A stretch of DNA of 64,000 bases from Hemiscyllium ocellatum. Its lineage: Eukaryota. Shown here one piece after another: positions 51,625-64,000 of the stretch. The notes beneath the pieces are model-generated. The model worked only from the letters and a program-made list of their open reading frames with translations. It was not told the DNA's origin and ran no database searches. Location of the stretch: the NCBI RefSeq assembly GCF_020745735.1, contig NC_083449.1:13069868-13133867 (forward strand), read 5' to 3'. The translations under genes and the position numbers were made by a program. Numbering within the stretch: the first letter of the stretch is position 1; each line of letters begins with the position of its first letter.

Positions 51625-52697
51625 TTGGTGCTGGGTCCATTGCTTTTCAGTATTTCTATAAATCATTTGGATGTGAAAACAGAAGATATAGTTAGTTAGT
51701 TTGCAGATGACATCAAAATTGGAGTTGTAGTGGACAATGAAGAAGGTTACCTCTGAGTACAATGGGACCTTGTCCAGATGGGCCAATGGGCTGAGGACTG
51801 GCAGATGGAGTTCAATTTAGATAAATGGGAAATGCTGTATCTGGAACGGCGTATCAGGACAGGACTTATATATGCTGAAATTGTGTTGCTGTAAAAGTGC
51901 AGCAGGTCAGGCAGCATCCAAGGAGCAGGAGAATCGACATTCAGGCATGAGCCCTTCTTCAGGAATGGTATGGTCCTTGGGAGTGTTGCTGAGCAAAGAG
52001 ATCTTGGAGTGTAGGTTCATAGTTTCTTGAAAGTCGAGTTGCAGGGAGATAGAACAGTGAATGAGGCATTTCGTACGCTTTCCTTTGGTGGCAAGAGCTT
52101 TGATTTGCAGAAGTTGGGAATTCATGCTGCAGCTGTAAGGGACATTGGTTCGGTCACTTTGGGAAGAGTGTGTGGAATTCCAGTCTCGCTCCTATCACAG
52201 GATGTTGTGAAACTTGAAAGAGTTCAGAAAAGACTTGCAAGGATGTTGCCATGGTTGGAGGAGTGGAGCTACAGGGAGAGGCTGGGATTGTTTTCCCTGG
52301 AGTGTTGGAGGCTGAGGGGTGACCGTATCGAGCTTTTATAAAATCATGAGGGGCATGGATAGGGTAAACAGACAATGTTTTTTTCCCTGCGGTGGAGGAG
52401 TCCAGACTCAGTGTGCATAGATTTAGGGTGAGAGGGTAAAGTTTAAAAGGGACCAGGGCGGTAACTTTTTACACACAGAGTGGTTGCATGTAAGGAATGA
52501 GCTGCCAGAGGAAGTGGTGGAGGCTAGTACAATTACAACATTTAAAAGGCATCAGGATGGCTGTATGAATAGGAAGGGTTTTATAGGGTAATGGGGAAAG
52601 TGCTGGAAAATGGGACTTCATTCGGTGATGGTATCTGCTCAGCACGGCCTAGTTATACCGAAGGGTCTGTTTCCGTGCTGTACATCTCTCTGACTCT
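51625..52697 (+). mobile_element. CR1 LINE fragment with a nested Penelope terminus (~51877-51965)
   Basis: VLGPLLF, FADD and LFSLECWRLRGD remnants. Confidence 0.88.
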
Positions 52698-52727
52698 TTT
52701 AGCTGCATTTGCAAAAATGTCCCATTT

Positions 52728-53815
52728 AAGACCATAAGACATAGGAGTGGAAGTAAGGCCATTCAGCCCATCGAGTCCACTCCGCCATTCAATCATGGCT
52801 GATGGGCATTTCAACTCCACTTACCCGCATTCTCCCCGTAGCCCTTAATTCCTTGTGACATCAAGAATTTATCAATCTCTGCCTTGAAGACATTTAGTGT
52901 CCCGGCCTCCACTGCGCTCCGCGGCAATGAATTCCACAGGCCCACCACTCTCTGGCTGAAGAAATGTCTCCACATTTCTGTTCTGAATTTACCCCCTCTA
53001 ATTCTAAGGCTGTGTCCACGGGTCCTCACCTCCTCGCCTAACGGAAACAATTTCTTAGCGTCCATCCTTTCCAAGCCATGTAATATCTTATAAGTTTCTA
53101 TTAGATCTCCCCTTAACCTTCTAAACTCCAATGAGTACAATCCCAGGATCCTCAGCCATTCCTCATATTTTAGACCTACTTTTCCAGGGATCATCCGTGT
53201 GAATCTCTGCTGGACATGCTCCAGTGCCAGTATGTCCCTCCTGAGGCGTGGGGCCCAAAACTGGACACAGTACTCCAAATGGGGCCTAACCAGAGCTTTA
53301 TAAAGTCTCAGTAGCACCTCGCTGCTTTTATATTCCAATCCTCTTGAGATAAATGACAACATTGCATTCGCTTTCTTAATCACGGATTCAACCTGCATGT
53401 TTACCTTTAGAGAATCCTCGACGAGCACTCCCAGATCCCTTTGTACTTTGGCTTTATGAATTTTCTCACCGTTTAGAAAGTAGTCCATGTTTGTATTCTT
53501 TTTTCCAACATACAAGACCTCGCATTTGCTCACATTGAACTTCATCAGCCGTTTCCTGGACCACTCTCCCAAACTGTCTCCATCCTTCTGCAGCCTCCCC
53601 ACATCCTCAGTACTACCTGCCTGTCCACCTATCTTCATATCATCGGCAAACTTCACTAGAATGCCCCCGGTCCCTTCATCCAGATCATTAATATATAACG
53701 GCCCCAACCCTGAACCCTGTGGGACACCGCTTCTCACCGGCTGCCATTCCGAAAAAGAGCCTCTTATCCCAACTCTCTGCCTTCTCTCAGACAGCCAATC
53801 CTCAATCCATGCCAT
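52728..53815 (-). mobile_element. Young 5'-truncated CR1 LINE with a 334-aa open RT C-terminus
   Basis: ORF 52811-53815 has GVPQGS, YINDL, FADD and LVRPHLEYCVQFW; 3' UTR ends in short repeats. Confidence 0.97.
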
Positions 53816-54160
53816 TTATTCTCACTCTCTGCAGGACACTTTCGACAAAGCGTTAGTACTGATGGGAAGAAGTTCGGCAGGAATTTAATACGCAGACATG
53901 ATGTTACCGAATGGTAGTCCACATTAGATGGGTCGAATGGCCGTCAGCTTGCCCGCTCCCTGATCGGATTGCGATGAAGCCGGGGGGAGGGGTTATGAAC
54001 ATGACCGGGGAAGGAGCTCCATTGGAGCTTCAGAAAGGGACAATGTCCCACCTTGAAACGTTCCCTGCCCTTTCCCCCCACAGCCACAGGAACTGGGAGA
54101 AAAGGGAATTGGGGAAATGACCAATTGATGTTTGTTTCTGGGATTCAGTGGGGGAGAGCG

Positions 54161-54265
54161 GCGCATGCGCGAGGCTGTCCCTTCTCCCAAAGGCCGATTG
54201 TTCCTGCCGGGAGGAGCGCATGCGTGAGGCCCTGCGGAGCAGGAACTGGTCCCGGAACTTGGAGT
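54161..54265 (+). promoter_or_regulatory. Double-NRF1 promoter and shortened first exon (inverted paralog of 43752-44025)
   Basis: GCGCATGCGC at 54161 and GCGCATGCGT at 54216; ggagcaggaactggtcccggaacttgga|GTGAGC donor at 54264. Confidence 0.65.
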
Positions 54266-54860
54266 GAGCGGGTTGGGGGGGGAAGAGGGAGGTCTTTCCC
54301 GGTGTGTGTGTGTTGCTGGGGGAGACAGAGCGGGAAGGAGCTGCTGTGGGCCATTCTTGTGGTTTGCAATCCCCTGAACACTGATGGCAATTCATTGTTT
54401 GGCTTCTGTTCCAGGCTGTCTGTTGATATTGGGCAGTGAATAATGGATGCACAGACTATAATTGTGTGACAATCCTAGAAAGGACACGTACTAGACTCAA
54501 CAGGTTCAAAGTTTCGAGTGAAACATTAGAAATAGCGCCTCTTCTTTCTTTCAATGAGTGTATTACCAACTTGATATTGATGTATGTCACCATTGCAGCT
54601 GCTTCAAGAACTCCCAGTCATGGAGGTGTACAGATGTTAGTTTCTGGATCTCACCCAATCGTTAACAAATGGGAATAAAAGAAAAGGAGATGAGGAGCAA
54701 GTCAGGGAAAAAACTGGAATCAAAGTCTGGTTCTGTTCGAATTGCTGAGTTTCAAAAATCCCTAATGATTATTAACTGAATGGCCACACTGATCAGTTTG
54801 ATCTTGCCTAACTTGGCTTTATGTTGATTTACAGCTGAAACATCTTCTGTCTCTCTCCAA

Positions 54861-54942
54861 GCAAATATTCCAAGGATCAAGGCAATCTAATATTTCCTCA
54901 GTACAAAGCTAAGTGTGATCAGCTGCTTCCAACAACCACCAG
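54861..54942 (+). other. 82-nt exon-like module copy
   Basis: Duplicate of 376-457. Confidence 0.55.
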
Positions 54943-55841
54943 GTATGTTACTGCTGGCAGAGTGGAGAATTTCCTTTCCACAGTCTCAGACCAGATTGAA
55001 ACAGACTTAGATTGAGTTCAGTTTCCAGAGACTTATCCAAACAAATAGTCAGACACAACAGTGGAAAGGCAAGTTTCTTTTCTCTCTCCATTCCCCATAA
55101 ATGTCTTCCCACTTCCAATTAATATCATTCATAATGCATTAACATTCACACCATGTTTGAAGTGTTATAGGCTGACTCCTTATCTAAGGTACATAATTGG
55201 GAAGTAAATGAAGATTGTATTTAATAAGGGCATTTTAAATGTCACAAGCCAGAAAGATAATGATATCACACTGTTACATCTTTTCAACAGCCAAATATGA
55301 CAATTAGTGAATCATTACTGAGCAGACACACATACACAAAGGAACTGGCTGATTCAGATTGCGTCCCAGAGACACGCAATGTATCGACACACAAGGTACA
55401 AAGACTAACAACAATATACATCCATGTACATTGCAGGGAACAGACGTGACTGCATCCAAAATGTTTTACAAACACAAGCACCTAATCCCATTCAGCCAGC
55501 ATTCCATTTCAATAAGTGTGTCATGGCAGCAGAGGAGCTGTCAACCCCTCCTTTATCTCAACAGAATTCTCACCTTGTTCACCTTGCAAGCAGAGAAACT
55601 ATATTTTCCCTCTGCCCAGCAATAAGTTTCTTTTTGAAAAAACTGTAGTGTAACTTTGTTCCCAAATTCACTTCAATCTTGTACAAAGAGTCCCACATGT
55701 CCCACCCTATGAAATATTACAAAAAAGGAGGAAAATAGAATGTCATTTCCTCAAATTAATCATACAATCAAATAATCACCTTTTATTCTGATGAAGAAAG
55801 ATCAATTAGCCAAGCCTTGTAATTTGTAAATTCTCTTCACA

Positions 55842-56405
55842 CAGAACATTGAATGTTACAGCCCATTACAGGCCTTTCACCCTTGATGTTGCACTGACCT
55901 GTGAAAAAACCTGAAGCCCATCTAACCTACACTATTCCATTAGCATCCATATATTTATCCAATGACCATTTAAATACCTTCACAGTTGGTGAGTCTACTA
56001 CTGTTGCAGGGAGGTCATTCCATGCTCTTCATACTCTCTGAGTAAAGAACCTACCTCTGACATCTGTCTTGTATCTATCACTCCTCAATTTAAAGCTAAT
56101 TTAATTCACATTCACACACATCCCCTCATGCTAGCTATCACCATCTGAGGAAAAAGGTTCTCACTGTCCACCCTAACAAATCCTCTGATCATCTCTTAAG
56201 TCACATCTTAACCTTCTTCTCTCTAATGAAAACAGCTTCATGTCCCTCAGCCCTTCCTCATAAGACTTTGCTTTCATACCAGGCAATGTCCTGGTAAACC
56301 TCCTCTGCACGCTTTCAATGTTTCCATATCCATCGTATAATGCGGTGACCACAAATGTAGGCAATACTCCAAGTGTGGCCACCCCAGAGTTTTGTACAGC
56401 TGCTA
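55842..56405 (-). mobile_element. CR1 3' fragment (duplicate of 1572-2135)
   Basis: ORF 56173-56382. Confidence 0.9.
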
Positions 56406-56849
56406 AATTTACCTGAATGGTTTAAATCTTCCCCACTGTATGACAGAAAGCACAAGTCCTTTTGCTGTTGACATTCCCACCAAAGAGCATCAGAGACTAC
56501 TGCTAATGGCTTGCACCATCACACTACTGAACAGGGTTTTATAATATTCAGAATAGAACAATGAAATGAACTAGCCAGTTCTTTTTCCTGTAGAAGGAAC
56601 GCTGTGGTCAGTCAGCTGCAATACAGTTTATTTGTTTGTTGCCCTTTCCCTCCCACATTAACAACAGAATGTTACACCTATCCATTTCTCAGCATTATTC
56701 ACAAAAGTATGTAACTATTCTCTGAGAAAAGCTGATGGCATCCTGAGGAACAGCCCCTGATATCATTCCTTCCAGTTAGACTGTGCACTGAAGGAGTGAG
56801 AAAACTCTTCACTTTTCCATGTCTCAATCCATGACCCAAAACAAATGAA

Positions 56850-59800
56850 CTGAGCAGAACTGACAGGCAGAGATTGATAACTAAATTCACAGATTCACAA
56901 AGCAGAAGCTGGCATGTACAGATTGATGACTATACTGACACATTCACAGGGAAGAAGTGTACAAAAGAAGATCGATAACTGTAGTTTCCTGCTCACATTA
57001 CAGAAACATGTATATATAGATTGTTGAGTACAGTTTCTAACACATAGTACAAACTGAAAAGGAGAAATTGGTTACTATATTTACATACTTATATAACAGA
57101 CTGGCAGGGACAAATTGCTAAGCACATTCACATACCTACAACACAGAAGCTAATAGAGAAAGATTGATAAATGCATTCACACATTCACCTAGTGGATACT
57201 GACAGTTACAGATTAATAATTGTCACTGCACACTCAGATACACAGAGCTGAAACTGTCAGGAACAGGTTGGTAAATATACTCAGACATTCACATCGTAGT
57301 TACTGACAGAGAAAGTTTGATAACAAATCTATCATGTCGACGAGCAGAACCTGACAGGAACAGATTAATAACCATAATACTCCTAGTGTCACACTGTATC
57401 AATAACTCATCTCACATTTTCACAGAGCAGTACAGATCAATAACTATATCAGATTGACAAGCAAAACCTGACAGGTATAGAATGACAACTATCCTCACAC
57501 ATTTGCTGTTAGAAACTGAAGATAACGACGCTCATATTCACATGGCAGACACAGTTACAGCTTGATAACTACAGTCACCCATTCACATTGCAGTAACTGA
57601 CAGGGAGAGATTGATGATGACACCCACACATTGATATGACAGAAACCGACACAGGTACAGATCGATAGCTAAAATCACATATGGATGTAGCACAAACTGA
57701 CAGGTAGAGACTGATAATGGCAGTGTAATTCATATTGCAGACACTGAGATTGATAACTACACCCACATATTCACATAGAAACTGACAAGTACAGGTTTGA
57801 TACCCACAGTCACACATTCATATTGCAGTAACTGACAGGGATCCTCCCTATGAAATATTACAAAAAGAAAGAAAGCAGAATGTCATTTTTTGAAGTTATC
57901 AACATAAGTTTTCCACTACATCCTGAGATATACTTGATGATGTTCCAGAGATTTAGTCACATTTATGTTTTTTAAACACCTCTAGGACCTTCTTTACTGT
58001 CATGTGTACTGTTTTCAAGTCATCAATATTTATTTCCCCAAGTTCCCTAGCCTCCATCTTTACAGAATGATAACTAAGTTCATATATTCAAATAGGAGAA
58101 ATACACACATGCACAAACCCAAAACTGACAAGATCAGATTGATCACTACACTGTCAGATTTACAGAGCAGAAACTGACGGGCACAGCACGATACCTGCTT
58201 TGATATATTCACAGAGTCGAGTCTGATAGGTATATATGCATGACACAACTCACACATTCACTTTGCAGAAACTGACAGGTATAGATTAATCACTACACAA
58301 AGCAGAAACTAACAAGAAAAATTTGATAACTACACTGGCATAGGAGAGACCGACTGTACAGATCCACTCTCACATATTGATATAGCAAACAGAGATTAAT
58401 TGGCACAGATGTAGTCATGCATTAGTTGGGAAAACACACACATTGCATTGTGAAAACTGACATGTCCATGTTGATAACTATATTTGGATGCTCACATAGC
58501 AAAGACAGATTGATAACTGCACTATATTCACAAAGCAGAATCTGACAGGAAGAAATTAATAATATTATTTTGGTTTGGACATAGCTGAAACTGACAGCTT
58601 TATAAATTGATAACTTCATTCACATATTCACAAGACGGATACTGACAAGGAATGATTCGTACATACACTCACATATTCACCATGCAGAAACTGACTGGTA
58701 AGAGACTGATAGCAATACTCATTCTCATAGCTGAAACTGCCAGATATTGGTTGATATGTGCTATCATTCACATAGCAAATGCTCACATGGACGGATGTAT
58801 TACTTTCTCAGATATACAGAAGAGACACTGACAGGGACAGATTGGTAATTACACTCCTCTTGTCAATAACAGAAAATCACAGGAACAAATCACTAACAAC
58901 ACTCCCACTTTCACGTAACATAAACTCACAGATACAGTTTGTTAGCTACACACAATTTCACACAGCAGAATCTGAGAGGTGCAGTTTGATAACTGCCTCA
59001 CATATTGACTTGGCAGAAAATGGTAGAGATGGATTCAAACATGTGCTCACAAATTCACGTTGAAGAAACTGACTGGTATATGCAGAGAAGATCTTCTGGA
59101 AGTACAATTTGATAAAGACACTTAACTTTGAACAGAGTCTCACACGTATCTGACAGGTGAGAGAGTGATAAATGTGTCTACACATTCTCAAAGCCAAACA
59201 CTGACAGTTACAGATTGATAACAACACCCTCTCTCATGCAGCAGAAACTGGCAGGGACATTTGATAACCATTCACTCACTTATTCACTTTGCAGAGACTG
59301 ACAGGAATATTTATTTCTGATATTCTCATATTTACTCAGCTGAATTGGTGGAGAATACACTGACAATTACACACACACATATTCAGCAAGAAAAACTGAC
59401 AGGTATCGATTGGTAACTCCATTTATAGATTCACACAAAGTCTGATGGGGCAGATCAAACCTAAACTCAGATAAATTCATAGGTACATAAACTTTGACAG
59501 GTACAGATTCAGAGAGCACAAACTAATAGTGAAAGATTGATAAATTCACTTTTACATTGGACAGACTGGCAGGAATAGATTGATAAATGCACCTACATGC
59601 ACAGAGCAGAAACTGATAGGTACAGATTGATAACTACATACCTGTATGCACACAGCAGAAAGTGACATGGATAGAGTGATAACTACATTCACATATTTGT
59701 ATTGCAACAACTGACAGGGACACATTAATTGACCATCACTTGTTCACATGACCAACCTGACAGGCATAGACTGAAAATGACAGTCTCGTTCACACAGCAG

Positions 59801-60035
59801 AATCTGATGGGCAGAGATTGATAACGGCACTCTCACATTCACATTGGCTGCAACTGACAGGTACATATTGATAAGTGCATTGACACATTAACAAACCAGA
59901 AACAGATCAGTACAGAGTATTACTGACCCTTTAAGATTAACAGATCAGAAACTGACTGGGACAGGCTGGTAAATAAACTCTTACATTTACATCGTAGAGA
60001 CTGACAGGTACATATTACCAGCTGTATCTGAACAA
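56850..60035 (+). repeat. 49-bp satellite (duplicate of 2580-5760)
   Basis: Same units. Confidence 0.9.
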
Positions 60036-60139
60036 ATTTCACCATTTATAGCCCATTGACATGCACAATATTTTGAAGATGGATAGACTGAATTCTCATC
60101 CAAAATATACACTCAGGAACTGCAACATATCTGGAGAAA

Positions 60140-60352
60140 GGGAGGACTGCAGGTGCTGGAGATCAGAGTACTGGAAAAGCACAGCAGGCCAGGCAGCATC
60201 TGAGGAGCATGAGAATCAACGTTTTGGGCATAAGCCATTAATCAGGAAGGGAAGGGCTTCCTGATGAAGGGCTTCTGCCCGAAACATTGATTCTCCTGTT
60301 CCTCAGAGGCTGCCTGGCCTGCTGTGTTTTTCCAGCACTACGCTCTCGACAC
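60140..60352. mobile_element. Palindromic Penelope-like termini (duplicate of 5866-6080)
   Basis: Near-identical sequence. Confidence 0.85.
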
Positions 60353-60981
60353 TGAAAGAAATCACCTGTTTTAGTGAATTTCTCTTTTTGCCAAGTGTGT
60401 TTATTGGACATTACTATATGAAAATTCATGTGATCAACAGAAAATAAAAGGCACAGGTCACAATACATCACTTCCCTTTTATTCATGGTGGTAATCCAAG
60501 TAAAACTGACAGTGTTACACACACTGGCAGCTATTCTGAGGAATGTATGAATAGTTTGGGCCTATTCTCATTGGAGAATTGAAGAAGGGTGTGGAACCTT
60601 AAGGGGAAATGGAAACTGAAGGGGGCTGACCGATGAGATGCTGGTAGAATGTCCTTAATCTACAGAGTGTGTAGAGCAAGAAACACAAACCAGATGCAAT
60701 TGCCAAGTAGTTCCATCATTTCCAGGAGAGAAACACACTCCCTGTCAGATTGCACTGCACTTTGTCACTTGGCGACAGAAGTGATGCCAATTTTCAAAGG
60801 GATGAGAAAAGAGAACCATTATTAAAAGATGCAGGGTAAATCGGTATTAGGGTCTCACAATTTAGAGTGAGCTCGGAGGTTGATCCCTGCTCAAGAGTTC
60901 GGTTTGTGTTCCCCATGTCATTGCAGATCCTGATAGATCCACATTTTGGGATTCTCTGCAGGTCAGCATCGTGTCCCACAG

Positions 60982-61084
60982 TAACCAATCAGAGCGAGGT
61001 GAATATTTCCTGTAAGGCAGCCAATCAGAGAGCAGGCCTTCCCCATCCCTCATTAGCATTACTGACGCTGTCAGTGTATAAAAG
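60982..61084 (+). promoter_or_regulatory. H2B promoter, copy 2
   Basis: Two CCAAT boxes, CTCATTAGCAT and TATAAAA. Confidence 0.85.
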
Positions 61085-61137
61085 GCGAGCTCGGAGCCCG
61101 CTTTCCCCTTACACTGTGTGTGAAAGGGAGCGGCAGG

Positions 61138-61518
61138 ATGGCGGATGAGAAGAAAGCACAGCCAGTCCCCAAAAAGGGCGCTAAGAAAATGGTCAAGAAG
61201 CCGGCAGCGAAGGGCGTCAAGCAGAGGAGGCGGCGGAGGAAAGAAACTTACTCCATCTACATCTACAAAGTGATGAAGCAGGTTCACCCCGACACCGGCA
61301 TCTCCTCCAAGGCCATGAGCATCATGAACTCGTTCGTCAAAGATATTTTCGAGCGGATCGCGGGGGAAGCTTCCCGCCTGGCCCAGTACAACAAGCGCAG
61401 CACCATCAGCTCCCGGGAGATCCAGACCGCCGTGCGGCTGCTGCTGCCCGGGGAGTTGGCCAAGCACGCCGTGTCGGAGGGCACAAAGGCGGTGACCAAG
61501 TACACCAGCTCCAAGTGA
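61138..61518 (+). CDS. H2B: Histone H2B, copy 2 (126 aa)
   Basis: Two amino-acid differences from 6864-7244. Confidence 0.99.
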   Translation: MADEKKAQPVPKKGAKKMVKKPAAKGVKQRRRRRKETYSIYIYKVMKQVHPDTGISSKAMSIMNSFVKDIFERIAGEASRLAQYNKRSTISSREIQTAVRLLLPGELAKHAVSEGTKAVTKYTSSK

Positions 61519-61551
61519 AGGGCAGCATTGGAGTGAAAACCAAAACCCAAC

Positions 61552-61567
61552 GGCTCTTTTCAGAGCC
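61552..61567 (+). terminator. Histone 3' stem-loop (H2B copy 2)
   Basis: GGCTCTTTTCAGAGCC. Confidence 0.98.
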
Positions 61568-61909
61568 ACCTCCACCTTCCGTGAATCAGCTGAACTAGTA
61601 TCGTTCTGGGTATGTACGGTGAATGTGACCACGGTATTGGGGTTGGATGAAGATTGTGTCAATGAATGAGTGCCCGCCGACTCTCTGCGCGCCTTATTCT
61701 CGGATATATTCCTGTATATCCTGTAATCCCTGCCCGGGAGGGAGATCATGGTAAATGCCACAGTCATTTCTCAGCTGCTTCCGCGTTACTCGATCAGTTC
61801 AGGAGCAAAAGGTCCCTGTGGGGTATGAACCCCGAGTTTCACTCCCTACAAACCAACCCACCCGCCGGCAGGCAAAGGAAATGTTTCCCCCTGCGTCCCA
61901 TTTGCCTTG

Positions 61910-62720
61910 GTTTTTATTTCCAAATCTCAATGCGAGTATTGTCCGGATGCAGAATGCTATAAATGCTGCCGGGGAGAGACATTCCAAATGATCTGCACTA
62001 ACCCCAGAACAGCAGCAAGACTGGCCCCGGAAATGTGGGCCTTTTACTGATCTCTGATCGAGTCCAATAGGGAGGGCAACTTGAACATCTTCTCGAAAGG
62101 CGGTGTTCGCTGTTAACGCGCCCACGCCGGAGAACGTTCCCTGATGTTTGATCAATATAACCGGGTGCTCCTGAAATGGGAAGGAAAGGATTAGTTGTAC
62201 ATTGCAGTGTTTGGCGCCTTTTTTGTTTCCGCTGAGCTTCAAGTTCAGAAAATCCCCTTCCAGATCAGAAATGGGCAGATTGAAGTGGGCGGGGGAATGG
62301 GGTAAAGGGAGACTGTGTAAAGTGTACATTTTAAAAGTAGGATTAACTCGAGTATTCGTGCATTCTTCCGTGTTAAAGTATCCCCTTTCCATGACATATT
62401 GGCGGGCTTTTCAAATTGGAAAGAAAGCGGTTGATGATGTGGGGCCGGGAGCTTCCGCCTTCCTCCCCGGGCCCCCTCCGGATTGGCGAATGGAGCAGTT
62501 CCCTGTTTGGGAATTGAAACAACGTTTAGGGGATCTTGGAGAGGTTTGAAGGAGAATGGGTGACCTTTAGGGGAAAAGAGAACTTTCTGAAGGGAGTTGG
62601 GGCAGGAGATGCTGGGGAAATGTCACTGATTAACATTTTATTTTCAAATCTCCATGCGAGTATTGCCCGGATGTAAAATGTTGTAAATGTTACTGTCTGC
62701 TGTCAGTGACAAACTTTCAA
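61910..62720 (+). pseudogene. Orphan H2A upstream region, copy 2
   Basis: Duplicate of 7635-8450. Confidence 0.85.
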
Positions 62721-63002
62721 AATGTAAGGGACACAGTTTAGAGTATGAGGCGAAGAAAGAAATGTGGAACTTGCTGATCTTGTTATTTCACAGCGAGCCG
62801 TTGGTGACGGTTTATGAGCTGAGGTGAAGACTTGATAACCATTTGTCTTTTTTATTATTAGATAAGGGAGTCTCTGGGTATGGGCAGCAAGCAGGGACAT
62901 GTGATTCAAACCATAACTGGAGCAATTTGTGATCATTTCTTATGACAGAATACAGAGGGGCATTTGAAAATGCCACAAAAGTCTGACTTTTGTGATGGTT
63001 TT

Positions 63003-64000
63003 CATAGAGATGTACAACATGGAAACAGACCCTTCGGTCCAATCTGTCCATGTTGACCCAGATATCCCAACCCAATGTAGTCCCACCTGCCAGCACCCAG
63101 TCCATATACCTCCAAAATCTTTCTATTCATATACCCATCCAAATACCTCCTCTGGCAGCTCATTCCATACACGTACCACCCTCTGCGTGAAAAGTCCCTT
63201 TGGTCTCTTTTATATCTTCCCCTCTCACCCTAAATCTATGCCCTCTAGTTCTGGACTCCCCAACCCCAGGGAAAACAATTTGCCTATGTATCCTATCCAT
63301 GCCCCTCATAAATTTGTATACCTCTATAAGGTCAACCCTCAGCCTATGACACTCCGGGAAAACTGCCCCAGCCTGTTCAGCCTGTCCTTGTAGCTCAGAT
63401 CCTCCAATCCTGGCAATATCCTTGTAAATCATTTCTGAACCCTTTCAAGTTTCACAGCATCTTTCTGAAAGGAAGAGACCAGAATTGCACACAATATTCC
63501 AACAGTGGCCTAACCAATGTCCTGTACAGCTGCAACCTGACCTCCCAACTCCTGTACTCAACACTGACTAATAAAGGAAAGAATACCAAATGCCGCCTTC
63601 ACTATCCTATCTACCTGCGATTCCACTTTCAAGGAGCTCTGAACCTGCACTCCAAGGTCTCTTTTTTCAGCAACATTCCCAAGGACCTTATCATTAAGTG
63701 TGTAAGTCCTGCTAAGATTTGACCCCAATCTGAATTAAACTCCGTCTGCCACTTCTCAGCCCATTGGCCCATCTGGTGCAGATCCTGTTGTAATCTGAGA
63801 TAAACCTCTTCACTGTCCACCACACCTCCAATTTTGGTGTCATCTAAAAACTTACTGACTGTACCTCTTATGCTCGCATCCAAATCATTTATGTAAATGA
63901 CGAAAAGTCGAGGGCCCAGCACCGTTCCTTGTGGCACTCCACTGGTCACAGGCATCCATTCTGAAAAACAACCCTCCACCACCACCACCCTCTGTCTTCT
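63003..64000 (-). mobile_element. CR1 LINE, absent at the equivalent site in repeat copy 1
   Basis: ORFs 63160-63432 and 63629-63988 (GVPQG, YINDL); homology to 8730 breaks here. Confidence 0.93.

Larger units (their letters stand above)
54486..63002. repeat. Large tandem repeat, copy 2
   Basis: Near-identical to 1-8730. Confidence 0.97.

Overview
Eukaryotic, repeat-rich DNA, most likely from a cartilaginous fish (inferred from HE1-type SINEs, abundant CR1 LINEs and a MADEKK-type H2B tail). The window covers a replication-dependent histone locus built as a large tandem repeat with a period of about 54.3-54.5 kb: 1-8730 recurs at 54486-63002. One unit carries exactly one intact gene of each class, each with a 3' stem-loop: H2B(+), H2A(+), H3(-), H4(-) and, about 32 kb away, H1(-). 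A second H2B starts the next unit. The H3-H4-H1 block is present twice and has decayed reciprocally: one copy kept H3 and H4 and has only an H1 remnant, the other kept H1 and has only an H3 promoter and spacer. Between the histone genes lie CR1 LINEs, HE1 SINEs, Penelope-like elements carrying minimal hammerhead-ribozyme motifs, a degenerate 49-bp satellite and a ~10-kb internal duplication. There is also an unannotated multi-copy spliced-gene module (NRF1/CpG first exon plus an 82-nt exon present 8 times) that could encode a 71-aa protein. Repeat boundaries were read by eye and are approximate; histone CDS, stem-loop and splice coordinates were counted directly.
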